Assembly: GCA_002104905.1 (NCBI GenBank)
Contig: MCFE01000358.1
Location: forward strand, 1 to 64,000
DNA: 64,000 nt
Source: Basidiobolus meristosporus CBS 931.73
Taxonomy: Eukaryota; Fungi; Basidiobolomycota
Direction of reading: 5' to 3'
Below, in pieces: positions 52,463 through 64,000 of this stretch; the first letter of the stretch is position 1; the number at the start of each line of letters is the position of its first letter. The translations under genes were made by a program, and so were the position numbers. The notes under the pieces were generated by a model. It had not been told where the DNA came from and ran no database searches. It was given only the letters and a program-made list of their open reading frames with translations.

Positions 52463-53024
52463 TGTTGCAATATTCTATGGAGTATTGGAAGTGATGTGGA
52501 GAACCAGAGTAAATACATGCTACTCACTTGTAAATTCATTGATTAAAAGTATGGCATTGATAGTATTGACAAAGAAAGGCAAACAAACATGTCATGTTTA
52601 TTAAGGAATATCCTAAGAATATATGTGCACAATTTGGGGTCTTTTGGACAACTTGGAGTAATGTTATAACATAGACTTGTTCCATTGTGACATTGATCAT
52701 AGTGCCAGAAAGTGCTGTATATGCTGTTATTAATTTGCTATTTTAGGGTCATATGCATGTCAATTTTGATCCCAAATTGGCACAGTATGGCACCATCTGG
52801 CACTCTGTGGCATGATCAGGCACCATCTGGAATGCTATGGCACTATTGGGCACTATGATCAGCTGAAATGATGGAACAAGTCTTATGTGTACCTGATAGC
52901 TTGGTAAAAGTATTATTAGTAAGTCCTGAGCGGAAAGCTGGCCAGGACAGAATGCTAATAACTGAATAAGATCTATGTGACTAAGTTACCATAATATATA
53001 GGTGACAGCTTCATAATTATAACA
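52463..53024. mobile_element. Solo LTR (TGTT...AACA) with a 5-bp AAGGC TSD, itself carrying a MITE
   Basis: AAGGC at 52458-52462 and 53025-53029; an empty site is visible in the paralogous sequence at ~62170. Confidence 0.8.
52673..52883. mobile_element. MITE of the AGACTTGTTCC family (211 bp)
   Basis: Same termini as 51394-52127; 10-bp periodic GGCAC array. Confidence 0.85.
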
Positions 53025-53224
53025 AAGGCTGGCATACCAAGGGACCATCAGGAACTGAAGGCCAGGAAGAATGCTCATAACTTGCTCCATCAGCATTATC
53101 ATGGATTCAAACAAGCAAACATATTATGGGTTAGCATTAGTATGGTTACAAAGTATCTCAAGAATTGCATAAACTATCAGAGGCAGAAGTGCTATTGTAA
53201 GAATTTGTAATCCCACCTGAATGT

Positions 53225-54430
53225 TCACCTAACATAGTCACTTAAATCATTACCTACAAATCTTGGTGATTACTGAACAAATTCCTTGTTGAGGATTACA
53301 TGAAATATCTTCACCAAAATACCAGGTACCCAGAACATGAAAATTCTCAAAGTTGTCCAAACAGCCCCACACTTTGCCCACATGCTCTTGGAACCTTCCT
53401 TAACCTATTCTATGTGTTTGCAATGCCAAGACCAGGTAAAGCCACAACCATGCAAAGCACAACCACTATTTTTGCATTCAATAAATCATTATGTGCAAGC
53501 CACTTGATCTACTTGTTCTTCCAATCACCTCCTATGTCTCCATGCCTCTTACCACTTGTTACAAGTGCCAAGATGTCAATCTTGGCAATATCCACTCCTG
53601 CTTTTGCTTGAATTTTTCTCTATGCAGAAAAGTTGGATGGAACTAACTACCAAGTGTGGAGGGTGATGATGAAAATGCTGCCACAAGAAAGAGGCCTTTG
53701 GGATAATGTTACGGCAGAGGAATGACTTTGTAAAAATGTTGGAGAGGAAGCCTGAGCTAATAGAAGAAAGAACAAAGTGCCTTTAATTGCATTTGCCTCA
53801 ATGTTTATGGCAAATTGCTAAATCAATGGTCAAAAGCAAAAATGGCAAAAAATGACTGAAAGGCATTTGAGGACACCTACCAGCCATGTTCAGCTGCAAA
53901 GAGAATGCATCTTAGACAAAAACTCTTTACCACAAAGATGCTGCCAGTAGAAGAAATGAAAATTCTATCAACAGAATTACACTGTCAATTGACACAATGG
54001 AATCTGCAGGTGTATCAGCTACTGATGAGGATGCAATAGCTTCCATCCTGAGTAGCCTGATAAGCAAGTTTCAGGTCCTTGTATCAGCTGTAGAGTCCAG
54101 AACTGAAGATTGGGTCTTAAGTTACATATATGCAAGGCTCCTGGATGAAGAATTAAGAACATCAAGTGCCAATAAGAAGGAAGAGAAATATGCCTTAATA
54201 AGCAATGACAACCAACAAAGGAGGTACCCAAGACCCTTTAAAGGCAGTAGTAACCTGTTTTGCAACTACTGCAAAAGGAAAGGATACTCATTAGACCAGT
54301 ACTGCAAAAAGGGTGATAATAAGCAGAAAAAACCCAAATATGGAAATGCTGCAACAACTGAAGATAGACTATTCCTATCTACACTAAATATGGCCACAAA
54401 CAAGGATTCTCAGACACAGTATATTGACTC
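53225..54430 (+). mobile_element. Degenerate Ty1/copia relic A (leader, gag, start of protease)
   Basis: KLDGTNYQVWRV.MKMLPQERGLWD; LLDEELR; CNYCKRKG zinc knuckle; IDSGA; many stops. Confidence 0.85.
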
Positions 54431-54499
54431 CGGAGCATTCAACACTTTGCACACCAAAAAGTTCTTTTTAACCAATGTCAAGAAGTTCCACCTAAATAC

Positions 54500-56660
54500 T
54501 CACCTAGTTTAGTCACCCAGATCATTACCTACAGACCTTTGTGAATATCAACCAAATTCCTTGCCAGGAGCTACTTGAATATTTTCACCAAAATATCAAT
54601 AAGTGAGAACCACATAATCTACTTGCTCACTTAATCACTTCCAATATCCCCATGACTCCTACAACAGGTTATGAGCCCCAGGCTGTCACTATCTGCAATG
54701 TCTACCACTGCTACTACTGGAATGTTTCCCTCTGCTAAAAAGTTGGATGGATTCCACTACCAAGTGTGGAAGGTGAAGATGAAGATGCTGCTACAAGAAA
54801 GAGGTCTTTGGGATACTGTGATGGGAGAAGAATGCTATCCTAAAAATGTGGCAGAGGAAGCCTTAAAGTACCAGAAGTAAGAACTAAGTGCCTTTAGCAA
54901 TACTTGCCTTAATATCAAAGACAAAATGTTCATTCAATGCTCAAGAGCTAAAATGGCAAACAATGCCTAGGAGGCATTGGAGGACAATTACCAGTCATGC
55001 TCAGCTGTTAAGAAAATAGACTTGTTCCATTGTGCCATTAATCATAGTGCCAGAAAGTGCTGTATATTTTTTTATTAATTTGATATTTTAGGGTCATATG
55101 CATGTCAATTTTGATCCCAAATTGGCACAGTATGGCACCATCTGGCATGCTATGGCACTATTGGGCACTCTGATCAGCTGGAATGATGGTACAAGTCTAT
55201 GTATCTTGGACAAAAAAATTTATTACAAAGATGCTGCCAGGTGAAGAAATGAAAAGTTTGATTAACAGAATTACCCAGCTGGTAGATGATATGGAATATC
55301 TGGGTGTACCAGCTACAGATGAAGATGTGATAGTTACCATCCTGAATAGCCCAACAGGCAAGCTTCAGGGCATTGTATCTGCACTAGAGTCCAGAACTGA
55401 AGATTTGACCTTTAATTATATATATGGAAGGCTCCTGGATGAAGAATTAAGAAAATTCAGTGCCAAGAAGTAGCAAAAAGATGCTTTAATAAGCAAAGAT
55501 AACCAGCGAAGGAGGTAGTCAAAACCCTTTAAAATCAATAGCAACCTGATTTGCAACTACTGCAAATGGAAAGGATGCACATCAGACTGGTGCCTCAAAA
55601 AGAGAGATAGTCAGCAGAAAAAGCCTGAGTTTGGAAATGTTGTATCTGCATCAGATATGACCACAAACAAGAATTATCAGATGCTATAAATTGACTCTGG
55701 AGCATCTCAGCACTTTATACATCAAAAGGACATTTTAACTGATATCAAGAAATTCCAATTAAGAAGGTTTTCTTGGGTGACAATAGCATACTTGATGCAA
55801 TGTGAGAAGGAACCATCCAAGTTGACCTTAGAAGCAGTGAAGGATGACATACACTTACCTTTAAAGAAGTACTCTGAGCCAGAAATAGCCAAGATCTTAC
55901 CATCTGTAAGCATGGCCACAGCAGAAGGACTCTGTCTTAGCTATTAGCAATTCTTGATGCTGATCACTGTACAGAATTGTGCCCATATTGCTTTGGGTTT
56001 TGGAGATCAGAATATATACCAGTTGACTCATGGTCCATCATATCTGGAAGCCAATATAAGTAATTCAAACACAAATGCCTTTGCACCAAAGAGTTGAACT
56101 CATCAATTTTCATTATTTGCACCAAATGATCAATGATCAGCTAATATCTGGAGTAAAAATTGATCCCCCAGCTAATTTAGAGCACTGTGAGGCCTGCATA
56201 TATGGGAAACAAGCCAGACAACTGTTCAAGAGCTCTGAGTTAATCAAAACTAAGAAAAAATTAGATCTAATTCAATCCTGACAAGGGATTTGGTCAGTAT
56301 TCTCTATGGTTTGCAGGAAATGATCTAAGCAACTAAGTTAGGTGAATATATAGGTGGAATTATGAATTTTTACAACACTTCCACACAGCTAAATGCTCAC
56401 AGTGACTAGTCCTAATTTTGACCCAAGATATTCAAGCTTGTCTCTAGCTAATGGTTTGGTAAATATGTCTGAAATCATTTCATCTGAAGGACAGGAATAC
56501 CAGAATCACAAACCAGGAGATCCAACCAGACCAGAAATAGCCCAAATTAGTATATCAATCAGGGTACAAACTTAGCCTATGCCTATTCAGTCCATGTTGA
56601 TGGGCCCCAGACTGTAAAGAGGCTCTAAATAGTCCTCAGACTAAGTTTTGGAGTACTTCT
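54500..56660 (+). mobile_element. Degenerate Ty1/copia relic B (leader, gag, protease, GAG-pre-integrase, partial integrase)
   Basis: KLDGFHYQVWKVKMKMLLQERGLWD; IDSGASQH; HQRV..INFHYL..CEACIYGKQ. Confidence 0.85.
55018..55198. mobile_element. MITE of the AGACTTGTTCC family (181 bp) inserted in copia gag
   Basis: Removing it restores aag aaa atg tat ctt (KKMYL), which parallels KRMHL in relic A. Confidence 0.85.
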
Positions 56661-56880
56661 ATATTAGGCAAGTACCTGCGCCAGTACCCGTGACACATGA
56701 TCAACCAGTGTCACCATCCCTACCACTTCCATACCATTTATGGTATCCATATGTTACAGAGGTTTCAGAATACTGATTCCTGATTGGATGGATGTGCTGT
56801 GCCTCTTAGAACCTTCTGGCACCTACCTGGAACATTCTTGGGTCATTCTGATGCCATTAAGATTTCAATTGATATCCAGA

Positions 56881-58164
56881 ACCTTCTGGAACACCATGAT
56901 TAGTAATCACTTAGCCAGTGATAAAAGTATATATGGGAGGCTATCCCTCAACAATAAATCATCATCCCTTTTTTCAATATACCAACTTGTTGATTATTGT
57001 GATCACTGCTACCTGCTGCTACCTGAACTTCCAACCCCAGACCACAGGACACTCCCAGGAAACCACGCTGACAGCCAACTGACCTTGGAGGCACTACTTG
57101 TGAGGAATACTCAGAGTAGGTATCTTTTATTATATTTGATTCTTTCCCAAGTTTGTTCTTGTACAGGCAAAGATACTTTTCTGTCTTTGTAACTATTGAC
57201 CACAGCTGCATTCTTATCAAGTCCCTGCTGGTGGAGTTTACAGTTGTTTTGACTTTGGAAGCTTTAGTACATTGTCATCTCAAAGGATGCTGAACCCAGC
57301 ACATACTTTTGTTAAGACACCAACTAAGTTGGGGATTGTAGCTCAATAGTTTTCCCTTGACAAGCTTGTGGCTTTATTCCCCTTCACATTAGATTAGAGA
57401 CAGAATCCAAGTATTCCTAGCAAGCTTTTGTCAGAGGTTATTGCACCCAGTGAACACCCCACCCACAAAACACTTGAGAAGTGTTGGACATATCTCTCCC
57501 TTGGACCTATACACCACCGCACCATAACCTTCTGGAACACCATGATTAGTAATCACTTAGCCAGTGAGAAAAGTACATAAGGGAGGCTATCCCTCAACAA
57601 TAAATCATCATCCCTTTTATCAATATACTGACTTGTTGATTAGTGTGATCACTGCTACCTGCTGCTACCTGAACTTCCAACCCCAGACCACAGGACACTT
57701 CCAGGAAACCACGCTGACAGCCAACTGACCTTGGAGGCACTACTTGTGAGGAATACTCCAGGTAGGTATCTTTTATTATATTTGATTCTTTCCCAAGTTT
57801 GTTCTTGTACAGGCAAAGATACTTTTCTATCTTTGTAACTATTGACCACAGCTGCATTCTTATCAAGTCCCTGCTGGTGGAGTTTACAGTTGTTGTGACT
57901 TTGGAAGCTTTAGTACATTGTCATCTCAAAGGATGCTGAACCCAGCACATACTTTTGCTAAGATGCCAACTAAGTTGGGGATTGTGGCTCAATAGTTTTC
58001 CCTTGACAAGCTTGTGGCTTTATTCCCCTTCACATTAGATTAGAGACAGAACCCAAGTATTCCTAGCAAGCTTTTGCCAGAGGTTATTGCACCCAGTGAG
58101 TGCCCCACACACAAAACACTTGAGAAGTGTTGGACGTATCTCTCCCTTGGACTTATACACCACC
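56881..58164. repeat. Two tandem ~646-bp near-identical units
   Basis: accttctggaacaccatgattagtaatcac at ~56881 and ~57527; paralogous ORFs offset by 646 nt. Confidence 0.9.
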
Positions 58165-60100
58165 ACAATGGTTCCAAATTTGGCACAGTGTATACTAAGA
58201 AACTGCCTGGAAACCAGTCAAAACTTGAGCCAAAAGCTGTAAATACATACCTTTTGGGCTACTGCAATTAGATTAAGGCATGCAGACTCTACAGCACCAA
58301 AGCAGAGAAGCTGATCAAGTCCAGGTATGTATGTTTTAGTGAAAATTCAAATTTTTTGCAAGAAATGACATCAGATGTTGACAAAGACTGATCTCATGTC
58401 CAACAATATTTGGTATTGAATCTGACCAATGATGAAAGCTTCTGCGCTCCACAGGACTCTGCAGCCATGATTCAACCAGAATCAGAGCCTAAGAATATCC
58501 CAGAAGTGATCATGTCAGCATTACAAACAAGGAGATCCAGCAGACCGGATATTGCCCTAACTATTATATCAATGAGGGTGCAAACTTAGCCTATGCCACT
58601 CCAGCTATATTGATGAGCCCCAGACTGTAAAAGAGGCCCTAAATAGCCCTTAGACAAAGTTTTGGAGATTTCTGATGACTGAGGAGTATCAGGCCCTGAT
58701 AGTATATCAAAATTGAGACTTGGTCAGATTACCAGTCAACCAAAAACAAATGAATGCAGATGGGGCTTCCAGACAGAATACAGTGCTGATGGTACAATCA
58801 AAAGATACAAAGCAAGACTTGTGGCCAAAAGAAGCTCTCAGACATAAGGACTTGACTCTACTGAGACCATTGCACATGCAGCCACATTTAATTCTATCTG
58901 AATAATATTTACTATTGCAGCCAAATTTAGGTTTTATATTCATCAAATGGGTACAACAGCTGCATCTTTGAATGGAGAACTTGATGAGGACACTCACATG
59001 GACCAGCTGGATGGGCTTGCCAACCAAGATAATACCCATTTGGTCTGCAAGCTCAAAGAATTTCTATATGGTATGAAGCAATCACCAAGAGCCTGCAACT
59101 GCAAGATAGATTCCTATTTGGAATCTTTGAGTTTCCAAAGAAATATTGCTTACTACAATATCTACTATAAGCCAGACAGAGCAAATCTAATTCTATTGGC
59201 ACTATGTGTGGATGATCTTATTGCAGCCATGAATGACCAAGACACAATGAAAGTGACCAAGTTCAGCCTATCTAAGGAGTTCAAGATGTCAAACATAGGT
59301 GAACTTTGGTACTACCTAGGGATAGAGTTCTCCATAGACAGAAGTACCCAGACTAGTACCTCAAGTCAATCCAAGTATACTCAAGATATACTAAGGAAGT
59401 ACCAAATGGAAGACTGCAAATTGGCAGCTAGCCCAATAGAGACACATCTCAACTTGGTCAAAACTCAACCAAATCAAGAAGATTTGGTGCCATCTGAAAG
59501 CCCAGAATTCCCTTTGAAGTCCATGGTTGCAGTCTAATGTATATCATGCTAGAAACATGTCCAGATATCTACTCTTCAGCAGGTGTTGTCAGCTAACATA
59601 CTCAGAACTATGGATCTGATCATATTGCAGCAGTTAAGTGGATATTTTAATACTGAAGAGGAACTGCTGACTTCTGCTTAAGTTACACCCACAAAAGTTC
59701 AGGACATGAGCTTTTGGAATGCTCTGAAGCTGATTGGGGGCAAAATTTAGAAGACAGAGTATCTGCAACAGGATACACCTTTCTTGACTCTAAAGGAGCA
59801 ATTTCATGTTATTCCAGAAAGCAATCAACTGCAACACTGTCCATCACAGAAGCAGAGTATATGGCAGCCTGTGAAGCTATAGAAAAAGCACTATGGCTAA
59901 GAAAGCTTTTCAAAGACTTAGACCCACGTCAAAAAGTTTCTATTAATTTATTTCAAAATAATCATGGATGTATCCAGTTAAGTGGATATGCAACTTTTCA
60001 TGCTAGAACTGTATACATAGATATTACCAAGACCATCTAAAAGCACAGATACCACTTTTGCATTCAAGAAATAATCAAGTGAAAGCCATATAATCCACTT
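58165..60100 (+). mobile_element. Degenerate Ty1/copia pol (integrase tail, RT, RNase H)
   Basis: DGTIKRYKARLVAK; FLYGMKQSPR; LALCVDDL (YVDD); SEADWG..EDRVSATGY; SRKQSTATLSITEAEYMA. Confidence 0.9.
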
Positions 60101-60779
60101 GTTTTCCCAATCAATTCTAATATGTGCAAGATTCTTACAGCAAGTACAAGGGTGCTATAGTCAAAGACCAGCAGGGCCAAAAGCTCCAAACTAGCAGCAA
60201 AGAGACATCAGGTAGCTGGAAGAGTGCTAACAAGAGACATGCAAGTAGAAACAGATGCACAAGTGCAATAATTACCAAGGGAAAAGTATAGTTCCAGTTA
60301 ACAGGTACTCAGTCACAGTAGCACTGAAGGACCTGCCAAAGATCAAAACCAGCAGCTTCCTCAGGATCCAGGCACAACCAGGGCTGAGAGCACAAAGGAA
60401 GTGGCAAAGAAACTACAGGTTGCAGTAAGAGTGCTGGTAAGGGATAAGCTGGCTGAAATAGATGCATCAGTTCAGCATTTAGCATGGAGAAAACATGGTA
60501 CAATACAAGAGGCACTTAGAAAAAAGAATTGTGAAAGACCTGGCAGTGATAAAGGTATAATGAGATGGAAAGGAGTATACTCAAGCAATAGACAGGGAAG
60601 GGTGAGAAAAAAGCTGCAGTTCTCACCCATTAATGCTGTCACCTCAGAGCAAGCTAAGTCCTATAATAGCCAAGAAGTACTGATAAGACCACACTTGCTT
60701 ACTCAAGAGTTAAAAGCCCAGCAAATTGAGCTACATTCTGGTGAGGTGGATGGACTGGAAATTGGAAACCAAGATTTTC

Positions 60780-61500
60780 TGAGATAAGAGTACCAATATA
60801 CTAACTACAAAGGCAGAATGCCCCATTTATCTGGGGAGACAAGCAAGAAGCCATGCAATAACTGAAAGAGGCCTTTCAATCCCCACATATTCTAAGACCT
60901 CTTGACTATCAAGACATTTAATGCCCACATATGTTAGCAGTGAATGCAAACCCTATAGGAGCTTGAGTGTTGCTTGGCTAGGATGACTAAGATGACAACT
61001 GTAGTCCCTGCAGATATGAGAGCAGCCTATGCCCTCCTGGAGAGCAAAGGTACTCTTAAGCTGGGAGAGCACTACTAGGAGCTATTAAAATGATGAGGAA
61101 GCTGAAGTCATAACTCCGCATAACACATTTCATCCCAGAGACAGAGGCTGAGCCACCTATAGGATTGATTAACAGCCCTGACCTACTTGGTGATGCCACA
61201 AACCAATGGATGACATGGCTTTAGAATGGAAATCTAATATTAAGACTAAAGACCTAATACCTACTTGCATACAGCAACATGAGCATCATGATTTAAATGT
61301 TAACAGAGCTGCTGAACAACCTGAGGATATGCAACTGTAGCACAAAGCACCTTTTGATAAGCTGCATTCTACAATACCCAGGCCACATTCTCCAGGAGAT
61401 CCAGTATTGCTCTATGATTCCACCTCAGACAAGCAATAGAGTTGGAAGTTGGACAACAAACAGACTGGCTCATACTGCATTTCCAATTGCCTTGAAAATG
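60780..61500 (+). mobile_element. Degenerate Ty3/gypsy pol relic (RT/RNase H and integrase C-terminus)
   Basis: HMLAVNANPIGA*VLLG resembles LHTDAS..GLGAVL; TEAEPPIGL..NQWMTWL resembles TDH.PL..RW; PVLLYDS..KLDNKQTGSYCI resembles KL..RWTGPY. Confidence 0.55.
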
Positions 61501-61911
61501 AAAGTCAATACATATATAAGCTTGACAGCACCCAACTTAGAGCACCAGCTACAGGTAGCCAACTCAATGTACTCAGGCATATGTGACACAATTTCCCCTT
61601 TTGTTAGGCTCACTTTCATACAAATACTACCATAAATTTAAATTGAGTTGTCTGGTTCCTAACCAAACCCAACCACTGACAGCAGTAGAAGAACAGTTGA
61701 ACAACTGCTTGTATTGATATTCAGTGCAACAAGCTGGCTAAATCCCAAAAAGGTAATACTGACGTTGAATATGCTGGTGGTTGTATTGCAGACTCCTCAG
61801 GCTCTCAGGCAATTAGGTCATTGAGAATCTTGGCAGAGCCACAAGCTGACCATAATGCCCAGGGATATGGGAGTGCAGCATCTCTGCATCAAAGAAGAGA
61901 CTTAAGTATCT

Positions 61912-62300
61912 CAATGTCACAGACAAGAATTGGGCCATTTCCCAAAGGTTAGAGCAGTGATGCAGCATACAGTCCTTGAAGCACAACAACTGTGCCCAAA
62001 GATGATGCTGACAGAAAATATATCTCATCTTTAGAGGGAGAGACTGTGATATATATACCTCAGCCTAAAAATCAACAGATATCAAGGATCCATGAAGCCA
62101 TTAGGTGTAATGATGAAGACTAGGCTAATATTCAGGTGGCCTCAAGATGTCTAGCATGCCATCACCTCAAGGCTGGCATACCCTTGGACCATCAGGAACT
62201 CAAGGCCAGACAAAACGCTCATGGCCTGTTCCATGGGCATTATCCTATATTCAAGCAGGTAAGCAGATTCTGAACCAGCATTGGTATGCTTAGAGAATAC
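61912..62300 (+). repeat. Dispersed repeat of unknown class, paralogous to 52200-52462 plus 53030-53180
   Basis: Continuous here; interrupted by the solo LTR in the other copy. Confidence 0.75.
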
Positions 62301-63179
62301 TTCCAGAGTAGCAGAAGCTGTCAAAGACAAAGGTACAAGGGTGCCATAGCTAAAAGTAAGAAGCCTTGTGAGGGACCCATCACATACTGGGCAGAAATCT
62401 CTAAACAAGCAGCAAAGAAAGGTCAGGTTGTCAAAACAACCTCAGTAAGACACAAGCAGGTTGAGATGGATGCACCAGCTTGGCATTTATTAGGGAAGAG
62501 TACAGGACATTACAAAAAGCACCCAATCATAGTAGCAATGAAATGCCTTGCAGTAATAAAGATAAATTTGAATGAAAAAAGTCTACCCAAGCCAGAGATA
62601 GAGCAGGGTTTAGCAAATATCCATGTCAGAATTTGCCAGATTCTTGGCTGGTGATTGGATGGTTTTTTGCTTCTGTTTCTGCTTAAATTTTCAGTTGCAT
62701 ACACTGGTGGGAACAATGGGCAGCCAGCTAGCAAGTTTAGTATGAGTGTTAGTTGGACTAGTCTTTGCCTGGAAAGGATGTCTGATTGTTAGCTGTAAGG
62801 CTGGTGACAAGGATTTTGAAAGTTATTATTTTTGAGAAGATTGGAATTCAGCTGAACATATAATTGTGTAGTGTTGGAATTTTGTTGATGTCTTTTGGGA
62901 AAAGCACCAAACTCTTACATTGAAAAAGACCATACCACTTAGCCCTATAAAAGTCTCAAGCCTGGAATCTATTGATAATCTGCTGGTATTTTGCTGGTAC
63001 TCTGATGGTATTTTGATGATATTTAGATAATTTTTTTACCTCAATATTTTTGGTATCAATTTTGGTGCAAGTAATGAATGGTCACCTATCAAATAGTGTA
63101 TGGATGGTAGTAGGTCTGATTATCTTTGGGGAATCCATCTACATTTTTGCCAAATAGTTGGTCATGAGGTACTGCAAGT

Positions 63180-63840
63180 TGCAAGTTTCTAAGGTATAAA
63201 ATTTAGCCTATTTGTTCTTGTATTGTACTGATCTATTCATTAATTCTGTATTAGGAATAACTCAAAATACTCTGGAATATATACAACTTGGTAGATACCC
63301 TGTCCTCATGCCTATAATTAAGCACAAAGCGATCAAGCATTATTACATAAATCAAAATTTAGAGAACTTCATGGTTAACTCAGCTCACTGTTCTTCTAGT
63401 GAAATGACTGCAGATATATTCACAAAACCATTGGCTTGCAGCAAACTGGAACATCAAATATTCCATATTGAAGTAGTTGATAATAGTGTAAAAATCTGTA
63501 ATTCCACTAAATTTGCACCTAGCTTAGTCACTTAAATCATTACCTCCAGATCTTGAAGATTTCCAACCAAATTCCATGTTGGAATTTATCTGAAAAGTCT
63601 CACCAAAACATCAGGTAGCCATAACATGAAATGTCTCAAAGCTATTCAGACAGCCAAAAACCTTGCACACATGTTTGTGAAGTCTTCCTCAGAATATTTT
63701 ACATGTCTATTTTGCTAGGATCATAGTAAAGTATAAATGCTAAGTATACACTTAATAAATCACTAACCATAAGCACATAATGTGCTTGTACTCCCAATTA
63801 CTTCCAATATCTCCAAAACTCTTACAACCAATAACACTAT
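63180..63840 (+). mobile_element. Copia RNase H tail followed by another copia leader relic
   Basis: KAIKHYYI..HCSSSEMTADIFTKPL; 63516-63640 matches 53229 and 54501. Confidence 0.7.
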
Positions 63841-63869
63841 TTAGTAGAGTGGAAGTCTTTTAAATGTAG

Positions 63870-64000
63870 TGTTGGTCTACTGGTACTGTCTGGCACTATA
63901 AGTGCTTTGTATGGGTTTTACATCAGGGCTAATATTTAAATGTAGTGCCAGTTAGCACCAGTAGACTAAGATAGCCCCATGCATTTTTGTGACATACCAC
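63870..64000. mobile_element. Partial copy of the centre of the foldback element (runs off the window)
   Basis: ggtactgtctggcactataagtgcttt...gggctaatatttaa matches 51720-51840. Confidence 0.8.

Overview
Eukaryotic, almost certainly fungal, DNA with short GT-AG introns and CTAAC/CTRAC-type branch sites. The gene content (a CEP120 orthologue, a HomolD box) points to an early-diverging lineage; a Basidiobolus/zoosporic-type fungus is an inference, not proven. The window has four zones. (1) 1-6.6 kb is accessory: a ~16-repeat Tyr/Arg/acidic low-complexity protein gene, a degenerate tRNA-Arg(UCG), and decayed NiCoT, cytochrome P450 and unknown (possibly terpene-cyclase-like) genes. (2) 7.5-22.6 kb is a dense core block: tricalbin, a PTC6-like PP2C, CEP120, ISC1, RPS28 and STE20/PAK. 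(3) 24-49.4 kb is a head-to-tail array of 10 full-length intronless NGT1/NOPE1/UNC-93-like MFS transporter genes plus two relic copies. The intact proteins differ by at most 1 residue from the consensus of 436 aa, while the spacers are mostly unalignable. The spacers still keep position-fixed motifs: a TATA box, GGAGTTCTGG, TGTAYAG starting exactly 17 nt after the stop, and AATAAA. (4) From ~49.9 kb to the end is an almost CpG-free graveyard of nested Ty1/copia and Ty3/gypsy relics, a solo LTR and a foldback/MITE family. The most promising system is the CDS-homogenised, promoter-diversified putative GlcNAc-transporter array at the edge of a hypermutated heterochromatic block. No database searches were possible; family calls rest on recalled motifs and counts were done by eye.
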